From contig JAOZFG010000037.1 of the NCBI GenBank assembly GCA_027491435.1, positions 1 through 55,070 of the forward strand: a stretch of DNA of 55,070 nucleotides, in the 5' to 3' direction. Below, one piece after another: positions 9,740 through 17,860 of the stretch. The number at the start of each line of letters is the position of its first letter. Position 1 is the first letter of the stretch. Source of the DNA: Thermoproteota archaeon. Lineage in GTDB: Archaea; Korarchaeota; Korarchaeia; Korarchaeales; Korarchaeaceae. The notes beneath the pieces were generated by a model. The model saw only the letters and a program-made list of their open reading frames with translations, was not told the origin of the DNA and did no database searches. Both the position numbers and the translations under genes were made by a program.

Positions 9740-10696
9740 TTATTCCTTTAAGGCTTCAGCCCAGCGGGGGTGTTCTTCCTCGATCCTCTTCAAGGGCAGC
9801 TTGCCAGTTATGAAGGTCAAGTCCATCGGGAACACCTTAGGCCTGAAATGCGTGTAGGCCAGGTGGACCATTATTATGAAGGTGACCGCCAACACCGCCT
9901 CCTTCACGTGCATTAGCCAGAGGACCCCTCCCATGAAGGCGTTCCCGTACAGCAGGATGAGCAGGCCCGGTATGCCGAGGACGGCCATTCCCCAGTAGAT
10001 GCCCCAGTACTCGAAGAGCTGCTCCGGATCGTACTTCCCGTGAGGCTCAGGTTTCACCTTTGAGCTGACAGTCCTGAGCAGGTCCTTGAAGAACGTCTTG
10101 AAGTACCTGAAGCTGTAGAACTCGAGCATCGGGTACCTCTCCCTGAGGCTTTTCCCGGACGCCAGGGTGAGGAGGCCCTCCACCAAGTACTGGAAGAAGT
10201 GTATTATCACGAGCACCCCCATGGCCAGCCCCGAGTAGACGTGGGCCGTTACGAAGGTTACCCTGTCGACGGGGAGGTTTAACTGCAGGGCGAAGCCCGT
10301 AATCGCGCACAAGGCGAAGGTTATCATGACCCACATGTGCTGTATCCTGTGCCACAGCCCCAGCTTCTGAATCCAGCGATCCCCCTTACCTTCCTCACTT
10401 CTGTAGTAGGCGCTCCACTTCCCGGCCTCTGACGCCTCTAGGGCGAAGTGACCGAGGACCCACCAGCTACCTATCACAGCTATTATCAGTATCAGGACGT
10501 CAAACGCTGGTCCCAGAAACTCCCTCCACCACTTCAGATCTGTTGGACTTGGGGAGCTGAGGGCTTTTATCAAGTGATCCCATCCTCCTGCTGAGAGGGG
10601 CTTAATTGCGAAGTGGTAGACCAATAGCCACCCTACAGCTACGGTAATTGCGGTGGCCACCAAGCTGCCTATCAAACGTCCGGTAGAGGCTCTCAA
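9740..10696 (-). CDS. Cytochrome b-type membrane subunit (FdnI/hydrogenase cytochrome b-like)
   Basis: Multiple TM helices with His ligands (HRIQHMW, AHVYSG, IIHF, MHVKEA, MVHL), plus GKYDPEQLFEYWG and FITGK...EEHPRW motifs. Confidence 0.8.
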   Translation of the reverse strand: MRASTGRLIGSLVATAITVAVGWLLVYHFAIKPLSAGGWDHLIKALSSPSPTDLKWWREFLGPAFDVLILIIAVIGSWWVLGHFALEASEAGKWSAYYRSEEGKGDRWIQKLGLWHRIQHMWVMITFALCAITGFALQLNLPVDRVTFVTAHVYSGLAMGVLVIIHFFQYLVEGLLTLASGKSLRERYPMLEFYSFRYFKTFFKDLLRTVSSKVKPEPHGKYDPEQLFEYWGIYWGMAVLGIPGLLILLYGNAFMGGVLWLMHVKEAVLAVTFIIMVHLAYTHFRPKVFPMDLTFITGKLPLKRIEEEHPRWAEALKE

Positions 10697-10705
10697 AGAG
10701 ATCCC

Positions 10706-11692
10706 CTAGCCCCTCTTCTTGGCATAAGACCAGAGCCCAGCTACCACGCCAATGGCCGCCGTGGCCCCAGCTCCACTCAGGACCAAGGAGTTATCGCCCT
10801 TTCCCTCTCCCTTTGAACCCAAAGTCACTATACTCGATGCGTGAGGCCTCATGTCCTTGTGGCAGCTCTCACAAACCATGAACCCCCTGGAGAACTGGCC
10901 TTCCTCGTAATTCTTGCCCTTGTAGTGGCACGTCCTGCACTCAGCAGTTGTGGGAGTCAAGGCGAACTTAAACGCCTCGTCCAACTTGCCCTTCAGGTCG
11001 GCGTTCAACAGCTCAACGGTCATGGCTGCCACATCTCCGGTAAGCCTTCCGCACCTCTCGGACCTCTCCTTGGATCCGCTAGCGTATCCTGAAGCTACAC
11101 ACCACCTGCTCACAGACACGTGACATAATACTGAATGGCTTACGCTCTTTGGGAGCACCTTGTCACTTTTGTACTTTTTCACCAGGAACTGGTGCTTAGA
11201 CGCAAGCTCATTGCTAATATCACTAGGAAACGGGAAGGTCTCATACCATCTGAACAGCCTTTGTCCCACTTTCTTGTAGTTATGAGTCACCATGTTTATG
11301 GCCAGGCCAGCCCCGTTCAGCGCCCCACAGAGGCTAGCCCAGCTAAAGGCTCCACCTCCACCGTATTTCATCATAACCAGAATTTCTTCTCCCTCTTCAA
11401 CGGCTTTCTTGACCTCATCAACAGAGGGCAAGGGAAGCAGGGTGTAAGGATAACCCACCTTCTCCTTTAGAGCTACCATTATGGCCCAGAAGGCACCTCC
11501 AGCGCATTCAAACGCGTAATATCCGAGATGACCTAACTTCCTGACGTATTCTGGGTCCAACTCCACGTAAGGCCAAGGTAGTTTCGGCACTTCTTCTTGA
11601 GCGGCCTTCACCTCTATTGGAGGGTTTAAGGCCGCCCCTACAGCTAAAAAAGCAAGTCCCTTAATGAAATCTCTCCTACTAAAATCCACCAT
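10706..11692 (-). CDS. Split-Soret cytochrome c-like protein (C-GCAxxG-C-C family), Tat-exported, C-terminally anchored
   Basis: SRRDFIK Tat motif; ECAGG, LCGALNG, LCHVSV and ERCGRLT; two CxxCH motifs (CRTCH, CESCH); terminal hydrophobic helix followed by KKRG. Confidence 0.85.
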   Translation of the reverse strand: MVDFSRRDFIKGLAFLAVGAALNPPIEVKAAQEEVPKLPWPYVELDPEYVRKLGHLGYYAFECAGGAFWAIMVALKEKVGYPYTLLPLPSVDEVKKAVEEGEEILVMMKYGGGGAFSWASLCGALNGAGLAINMVTHNYKKVGQRLFRWYETFPFPSDISNELASKHQFLVKKYKSDKVLPKSVSHSVLCHVSVSRWCVASGYASGSKERSERCGRLTGDVAAMTVELLNADLKGKLDEAFKFALTPTTAECRTCHYKGKNYEEGQFSRGFMVCESCHKDMRPHASSIVTLGSKGEGKGDNSLVLSGAGATAAIGVVAGLWSYAKKRG

Positions 11693-12030
11693 GCCCTATC
11701 ATCACCCCATAGGCCCTCCCCGGGCCTCAATACTATTGTAATTAGAAAAAATATTTAAATGTTAAATTGATAAAATGACAGCTAGAATGGCCCCACGGGC
11801 CGCAAACCCAAACGACAGCTTTTAACTGTCGTTATATGAGGTCGAGCTTGGTTATCTCTTTACAGTAATAGTGAAAACACCTAATTAGCTGGTTTCAACC
11901 ACGAGAGTACACGGGTCATAAGCCTCCGTTATTCAAGTTATTCGTTTAACGTGAGTAATGATGCTAAATATTGCATTATAACTCGTGGGGTAGCGGTCCT
12001 CGGGACTACGCCAAAAAATGGAGGGGTACT

Positions 12031-12312
12031 TTACAGCAGTTGCTCAATTTCTTCCTTTCCCTTCTTGAGTTCTTCGACCTGTTCAGGGTCAACCCTTAAA
12101 AGCAGCTCTAGAAACTCGCCGACGTGGGTTTTCTCCTCCCTAGCTACGTCCAAAAATACCTCTTTAACATTTTCGTCCTCTACAGCGTTTGCTAGTTGGA
12201 CGTACAGGTTTATGGCATCTAATTCTGCTATGATTGCTAATCTAAGGGCTTGAGCAACCTCTAACTTGGATAACTTCTTGTCAGGTATGTTTAAGGGGTT
12301 CTCACTGAGCAT
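12031..12312 (-). CDS. Small ferritin-like protein (EncFtn/rubrerythrin-like)
   Basis: AIIAELDAINLY and AREEKTHVGEF diiron motifs; 93 aa. Confidence 0.85.
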   Translation of the reverse strand: MLSENPLNIPDKKLSKLEVAQALRLAIIAELDAINLYVQLANAVEDENVKEVFLDVAREEKTHVGEFLELLLRVDPEQVEELKKGKEEIEQLL

Positions 12313-12546
12313 GAGATCACCTAGTTTGAGGGAAGGGCTAACTAATAACCCTCTCTACACGGAGTGACTTCACTAAAATGGACAGAATTTATTTCAAGAC
12401 GATATTTAAGCAACGAATGCCAGAACTTGAGTTTAGATAATCCCTGTATTAAATGAAGTTCTTGAGAAGACCTTGTTGAAGCTTGCAATCCTTTAATGAG
12501 TCCAACTGTGCAGAGACGTCCGCCCCCATAGCGTCAAGACTCAGGC

Positions 12547-13009
12547 TTAAGGCCTAACTTCAAGCCCTGGAACCCTCTTGAAGCCGCTGTCAAAGGTATA
12601 AACTGGTACGTTGAGCCTCAAAGCTACGGCAGCGAGTAACGCATCTGAAGTGAGGAGACCGTGCCTACATATCTCCACAGACCTCTTCCAGTCCTCCAAC
12701 GTGACCTGTTCGACCACCAACCCCTCATGTTCAGCACGTATTCCCTAAATCTATTTAAGACGCTTAAACACTCCTTCCTGAAGCGCTCGTCCCTGGAGAA
12801 CCTCCTCTTAAACCCCCAAAACTCGTCTCCCCTAACTCGCTTCCCTTAGCGAGCATTAACTTGAAGGCTACCTCCTCTAGGACGTGGGTCGTCACGTAAG
12901 CCTTTATAGCCCCGGTCTCAACGGAGCTTAGCAACGTTTCTGCCTCATCAGCCCTCTCCTCGTCGAACAACAGGTGTAAGAAGACAGATGAGTCGATAAG
13001 CAGGCTCAT
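12547..13009 (-). pseudogene. vapC: Frameshifted PIN-domain (VapC) toxin
   Basis: The N-half MSLLIDSSVF...VLEEVAFKL continues in the -1 frame near 12820 as FWGFKRR...LLTSDALLAAVA...VYTFDSGFKRVPGL, with a stop at 12547. Confidence 0.85.
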
Positions 13010-13216
13010 CTGCCCACCTGGTACATCTCCTCCAATTCCTCCAGGCTCAACCTGGGCTTGATGATTCCCCTAACCTGTCTTGTCTCAAGACCTTCCTCAG
13101 AAAATGCCTTAGAGCTATTCTCACTAGCTCCGCTTTGCTGACTCCCAAGGATTTAGCCACCCTATCCAACTCCTTAGCCAACGAGTCGTCAAGCCTCACC
13201 AAAACTGGGATGACAT
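13006..13216 (-). pseudogene. Frameshifted CopG/RHH antitoxin
   Basis: The RHH core VLVRLDDSLAKELDRVAKSLGVSKAELVRIAL is out of frame with the ATG at 13216. It is also out of frame with the tail VRGIIKPRLSLEELEEMYQVGR, whose TGA overlaps the vapC ATG. Confidence 0.75.
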
Positions 13217-13258
13217 CAATAACTGATATCGCTATGTAATAAAAAAGATCAGGAGGGG

Positions 13259-13684
13259 TCAGCCCTTGCACTCCTCCGCGCACTGGCCTATTACCTTCAG
13301 GGAGTTGAACACTATAGCTAAGCCCCTCTGGACGTCTGGATCCCTTAGCCTGCTCAGCATACCCGTGAGGGTCACCCTATCCTCCTTTTCTATGGCGTCA
13401 GCCAGCTTCTCTAGGCATTCGGGGGCTCCCAGAAATGAAGCTGACCCTATAAGCTCGGCTATGGCTTTGACAGTTTCCTCCTTAACGAAGCCACGCTGCA
13501 AGGCCATCAAAGTGAACAGTAGGCCATAGAGGTCGTCAAGCATACCAGCCTCTGTGAAGAGCTCCAGCCTAGACAAGAGCTTGTCCATCTTGTTTAGGAA
13601 CTCCTCAAGCCTGTCGGCGTTATCCAGGAGCTTCTCCAACCTCTCAACCTTCTTGGGATCGGACAGAAGGTCTTCCAACTTCAT
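13259..13684 (-). CDS. DUF1641-family protein
   Basis: C-terminal LTGMLSRLRDPDVQRGL motif; directly downstream of sqr. Confidence 0.85.
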   Translation of the reverse strand: MKLEDLLSDPKKVERLEKLLDNADRLEEFLNKMDKLLSRLELFTEAGMLDDLYGLLFTLMALQRGFVKEETVKAIAELIGSASFLGAPECLEKLADAIEKEDRVTLTGMLSRLRDPDVQRGLAIVFNSLKVIGQCAEECKG

Positions 13685-13696
13685 AAGATCACCTCC

Positions 13697-14836
13697 TCAA
13701 ATCATGCCCGTCAGGATGCATTTCCAGTACATCTTGTTCATGGCCAGCTTCATGGCGTGAAGCAGCCAGTTGGGTATCAGGCCGGGGGCCGTGCTGTTGT
13801 AGTAGTTAGATACCTGGGCTGAGGCCTTCCCGAAGCCAGTCTCTATGACGCAGAAGCTCTGTCCATCGAACATTTCCCTTATCCCTTCGCCGGTTATCTC
13901 CACCGCCAAATTGTTTGCTAGGGTTGCGGCCTGGAAGTGCGCTATAACTCCCGTCTTGGGGGTGGGCAACGCCGTGGCATCGCCTATGGCGAAGGCGTCG
14001 TCGTAACCCTGGACGTTTAGGAAGTGCTTGTCCACGGAAACCCAACCTTCATCGTCGCCTATACCTGACCTGAAGATCACGTCAGCCCCCTTCTGAGGCG
14101 GGGTTAGCACTAATATATCATACTCCAGGGAGTCGCCCTCCAGTGAGTTAACGACCTTTTTCTCGGCGTCTACGTAATCCACTGAGAAGAAGGTCACGGG
14201 CTCTATTCCCCTCCTCTTCATCTCCTCCTCAATCACCTCGTTCAGCAACTTAGGTCCATAAGGCCTGTCTATTGGGGAGATGTACTTCATCTCTATTCTG
14301 TCCCTAACTCCTCTCCTCCTGAAGAGCTCGTCTGCCAAGAAGGCCACTTCTAATGGGGCTACAGGGCATTTGTAAGCTAGACCGCCAATTCCCACTACGA
14401 CTTTGCCCTCCTTTATGCTGAACAGCTTCTCCCTCAACTTCATGGCAGCCTCAAAAGTCCAGATGTGGTCTGCTCCCTCCTTATACCCTGGAATTTCCTC
14501 ATAATTTATTGTAGAGCCGGTGGCTATCACCAAGTAGTCGTACCCCTTCTTGCTACCATCTTTGAGTGTCACCTCCCTGTTGTCCAGGTCTATCCTCTCC
14601 ACCTCAGCCTTGGTGAACTTCACGCCTTTCCTCAAAGTTGAGGGCCTCTTCCTAGAAATGTCCCCGGCTTCAGCCTCTCCAACGGCGACGAAAAGGTAGC
14701 CGGGTTGATACCAGTGAACGTCGCTCTTATCTATAACTTCTACCTCTACTTGATTAGCCGGGAGTTTCTTCACCAACCTGTTGGCAAGTATAGTACCCCC
14801 GTCCCCTCCTCCTACTATAAGCACCTTCCTAGGCAT
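13697..14836 (-). CDS. sqr: Sulfide:quinone oxidoreductase-like flavoprotein (short, type III-like)
   Basis: GGGDGG FAD motif, YQPG, YDYLVIATG, YKCPVAPLE, AIGDAT and a second Cys in FCVIETG. Confidence 0.85.
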   Translation of the reverse strand: MPRKVLIVGGGDGGTILANRLVKKLPANQVEVEVIDKSDVHWYQPGYLFVAVGEAEAGDISRKRPSTLRKGVKFTKAEVERIDLDNREVTLKDGSKKGYDYLVIATGSTINYEEIPGYKEGADHIWTFEAAMKLREKLFSIKEGKVVVGIGGLAYKCPVAPLEVAFLADELFRRRGVRDRIEMKYISPIDRPYGPKLLNEVIEEEMKRRGIEPVTFFSVDYVDAEKKVVNSLEGDSLEYDILVLTPPQKGADVIFRSGIGDDEGWVSVDKHFLNVQGYDDAFAIGDATALPTPKTGVIAHFQAATLANNLAVEITGEGIREMFDGQSFCVIETGFGKASAQVSNYYNSTAPGLIPNWLLHAMKLAMNKMYWKCILTGMI

Positions 14837-14951
14837 GAGAACACCCCTTGGGTCTCGGCTCTTACTATCGTTTTACTTAAAAACAAACTTACTTTGACAT
14901 GAACGAATGGGTATATTTCAATATTACATGCGTCAAAAATAGAGGAAAGGA

Positions 14952-15194
14952 TTACCTGGCTGTAACCTTGATAAGGGCCCTAATCACGTCACCCTCCTCG
15001 GTCAGGCTTATTAGCTCGTTGCCGGTCCTCTTAACCCAGGCCTCAACGTCTGCCTTGAAGCCTGGATCCGTGGCTAGAACCTCTATTACATCCCCGTTTT
15101 TGGCCTTTCTGTAGGCCTTAATTAGGCTAGTAAGGGGTCCGGGGCAAGCTACGCCCCTGGCGTCAACGGTTATGGTGGGCTTAACCTCGGACAT
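14952..15194 (-). CDS. tusA: TusA/SirA sulfur carrier protein
   Basis: VDARGVACPGP and EVLATDPG motifs. Confidence 0.92.
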   Translation of the reverse strand: MSEVKPTITVDARGVACPGPLTSLIKAYRKAKNGDVIEVLATDPGFKADVEAWVKRTGNELISLTEEGDVIRALIKVTAR

Positions 15195-15206
15195 GATATC
15201 ACCCGT

Positions 15207-15614
15207 TCAAACGAATATCACTTCAAAGTCGGCCATCTCTGCTAAAAAGGTTGCGGCCCCTACCACTTTATCAACTATCGGGTCCACCTGATCCTCTGAG
15301 TAGCCCAAGGCTTCCATGGTCATGGAGCAGACCATTATCTTTACGTCTCCTAGCTCCTTGGCTTCCTTCAGCATGTCATACCAGGATTTGGCGCCCATCT
15401 TAGCCATTCCCTCGAACATCTTCTGTCCCCACTCCTTAAACTCCTCTGGAACCTTAGGTTCGGGCTTCTCCTTCATGAAGTAGGGAGTAGCAAAGCTCGT
15501 CACAAATATCCTGACGGGCATGTCGAAGTTGGCTGCTGTCTGGGCTAAGACCCCAGCTAGAACCAGGGTGTCGGCCCTCCCGGAGTAGAGGACTATGCCT
15601 AAACCCTTAGACAT
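15207..15614 (-). CDS. DsrE/DsrF/DrsH-like (peroxiredoxin-like) sulfur relay protein
   Basis: AKELGDVKIMVCSMTME and VVGAATFL motifs; start taken at ATG 15614 behind AGGTGA. Confidence 0.88.
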   Translation of the reverse strand: MSKGLGIVLYSGRADTLVLAGVLAQTAANFDMPVRIFVTSFATPYFMKEKPEPKVPEEFKEWGQKMFEGMAKMGAKSWYDMLKEAKELGDVKIMVCSMTMEALGYSEDQVDPIVDKVVGAATFLAEMADFEVIFV

Positions 15615-15717
15615 AAGATCACCTGTGTACTCATCTAACAAAAGGATTTTAACTTTACGATGTTAATTAATGGGGACTGGGAGCTTCCCTAGGCTAGAAA
15701 AGGTCGGAGCTCTCAGA

Positions 15718-16194
15718 TCACGTGCAGAGCTTGGCCCCGCATATCACGTAGAAGTCTTCCTCCTCCCTGATGTCTATAGCCAGGAAGTAGAGGTCGAAGA
15801 GGGAGAAAATTTCATCCATGCTCTTGGCCACCCTTTCGGGTCCGTGGGGGTTGTACCTGGAGTTGGGAGTCCAGTCCATTATCACTATCCTCCCCCTACA
15901 CTTGAGGACCCTTCTGAACTCCTGCAAGGCCTTCTCTACGTCATCAACGTGGTGCATGGTGGTGGCAGTGGCTAGCAGGTCGAAGGACTCGTCCCTGAAG
16001 GGCAAGCTCTCCGCAACACCCTGGACGAAGTGGGCTCCCTCTACCTTAATGGGCTCCGGGTCCAGGGTGACTATGAACGCCTCCCTAAAGGCCCTCTTCA
16101 GGAGCTCCAGGTTGTGGCCGAAGCCGGTCCCCACTTCCAGTACGGAGTTCTCATATCTTCTCATGTAAACTTCCAGCAGAACCTCGTCCCACAT
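15718..16194 (-). CDS. Class I SAM-dependent methyltransferase
   Basis: VLEVGTGFG, AESLPFRDESFD and EFRRVLK motifs. Confidence 0.9.
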   Translation of the reverse strand: MWDEVLLEVYMRRYENSVLEVGTGFGHNLELLKRAFREAFIVTLDPEPIKVEGAHFVQGVAESLPFRDESFDLLATATTMHHVDDVEKALQEFRRVLKCRGRIVIMDWTPNSRYNPHGPERVAKSMDEIFSLFDLYFLAIDIREEEDFYVICGAKLCT

Positions 16195-17788
16195 ACCCCT
16201 TCATCCCGTACATCTCTTTTAACCTATCTATGGTGTCCGCCTCCTCCGGCGACTTGTCCTCCCTGATCCTGACGATCCTAGCGAACCTCAGGGCGAAGCC
16301 GCTCTTGTACTTGGGGCTCCTCTGTATCTCGTTGAAGGCCACCTCCACCACTATCTCCGGCTTAACCCTGATTAACTTCCCCCTTCGCTCCAAGGCCAGC
16401 TCCTCAAGCCTCTTGGTCATCCACTCGAACTCCTTGTCCGTCAGGCCTTTAAAGGTCTTTCCTACCACCAGGAACTCGCCGTCCTGCGTTCTAGCGGCTA
16501 AGTAGTAGTCACTGTACCACTTGTGCCTCCTTCCGTAGCCCCGCTCAGCCGCGACTATTACTAGATCCAGGGTGTGAACCTCCTTCACCTTCAGCCAGTG
16601 CCTCCCCCTCACCCCAGGCACGTAGGGGGAGTTGAGCCTCTTCACCATAACGCCCTCATGCCCCTTAGCCAAGGCCTCCTTCATGAACCTCCTAGCCTCC
16701 TCAAGATCATCTGTTACCAGGGAGGGTACGATCTGCACGGACGGTCTCACTAAACCCTCTAGGGTCTCTCTTCTCTTGAGATAGGGCTCATCCAGGTAGC
16801 TCCTCCCATAGTAGAGGAGGTCGAATAGGTACAATTTTAGAGGTATCTGCTCCACGAGCTCTTGAGAGAAGTTAACCCTTCTGAACCTCCTCATGAGGAC
16901 CTGAAAGGGGAGAGGTCTCCCTTCCCTCTCAGCTATTATCTCCCCCTCCAGAATGGCCTCCTTTAAGTTCAGGGACTTTAAGGCCTCAACAACCTCGGAC
17001 ACGCTGCCAGTTACCTCGCTCAACCTCCTGCTGAAGAGCCTAACCCTGTCCCCAGAGACGTGAACTTGGACCCTCACTCCATCCAACTTGTACTCCACAG
17101 CAGCCCTGCCGAACTCTTTAAGCGCTTCCTCCACGCTATTAGCTGTTTGGGCCAGCATGGGACGGAGGGGCCTGAAGACCCTGGGGGTTAGGTCAACCCC
17201 CTCCCTGACCACGTGGTATGGGCTGCCCATCACCATGGACGCCCTCTCCACAACCTCCCTGCTTAACCCAAAGGCCTTTGCTATGGCGTCAATTAAGAGG
17301 CCCTCGCTCAGCCCTAGCCGGGTCTCCCTGACTATAGCGTTGGCCAAGAGCCAGGCCTCGATTGGCTCAGCCCTAGAGAAGAGGGACCTCAGCACCGACT
17401 CCCTCTTAGCCCTAGAACCCTGCCCCGTAGCTTCAGCTAACGCCTCTAGGTGAGAGTATACCTCCTCCACGGTGAGAGGCCTCTCTAGTAGGGTGGTCTG
17501 TCTCCTCTTCCTCCTGGCCAAGGCGTTCTCCACGACTTCACCCACATCAACGCCCTTCCACTCCACATCCGCCAGCTCGCTTATGACTTTTAGAAGGGTG
17601 TTCCAGGAGACGTTCAGTTCCCTGGGGTCTGATGGAGGGAATACCCTGCCAGTAAGTATGAGGAGGACCTTGTAGGCCTCTTCCCTGGGAAGGGACCTTA
17701 TCAGCTTGGCCACTAACTCCACTTTCTTCAGCCTTGAAGAAGTTGAAGCTATCTCTTTGGCCAGGGCGGCCAGCTCCTTAAAGAGCAT
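16151..17788 (-). CDS. lig: ATP-dependent DNA ligase
   Basis: PMLA, EYKLDGVR (motif I), EGE, LFDLL, EGVMVK, WLKVK and ALRFARI motifs; start taken at ATG 17788. Confidence 0.95.
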   Translation of the reverse strand: MLFKELAALAKEIASTSSRLKKVELVAKLIRSLPREEAYKVLLILTGRVFPPSDPRELNVSWNTLLKVISELADVEWKGVDVGEVVENALARRKRRQTTLLERPLTVEEVYSHLEALAEATGQGSRAKRESVLRSLFSRAEPIEAWLLANAIVRETRLGLSEGLLIDAIAKAFGLSREVVERASMVMGSPYHVVREGVDLTPRVFRPLRPMLAQTANSVEEALKEFGRAAVEYKLDGVRVQVHVSGDRVRLFSRRLSEVTGSVSEVVEALKSLNLKEAILEGEIIAEREGRPLPFQVLMRRFRRVNFSQELVEQIPLKLYLFDLLYYGRSYLDEPYLKRRETLEGLVRPSVQIVPSLVTDDLEEARRFMKEALAKGHEGVMVKRLNSPYVPGVRGRHWLKVKEVHTLDLVIVAAERGYGRRHKWYSDYYLAARTQDGEFLVVGKTFKGLTDKEFEWMTKRLEELALERRGKLIRVKPEIVVEVAFNEIQRSPKYKSGFALRFARIVRIREDKSPEEADTIDRLKEMYGMKGYVGRGSAGSLHEKI

Positions 17789-17860
17789 CCTATCACCGTC
17801 TGCTCCGACGCTACGTGAGGATGTCCTCAACTTTAAAGGCTCGCCACGCTTAATCCCACG

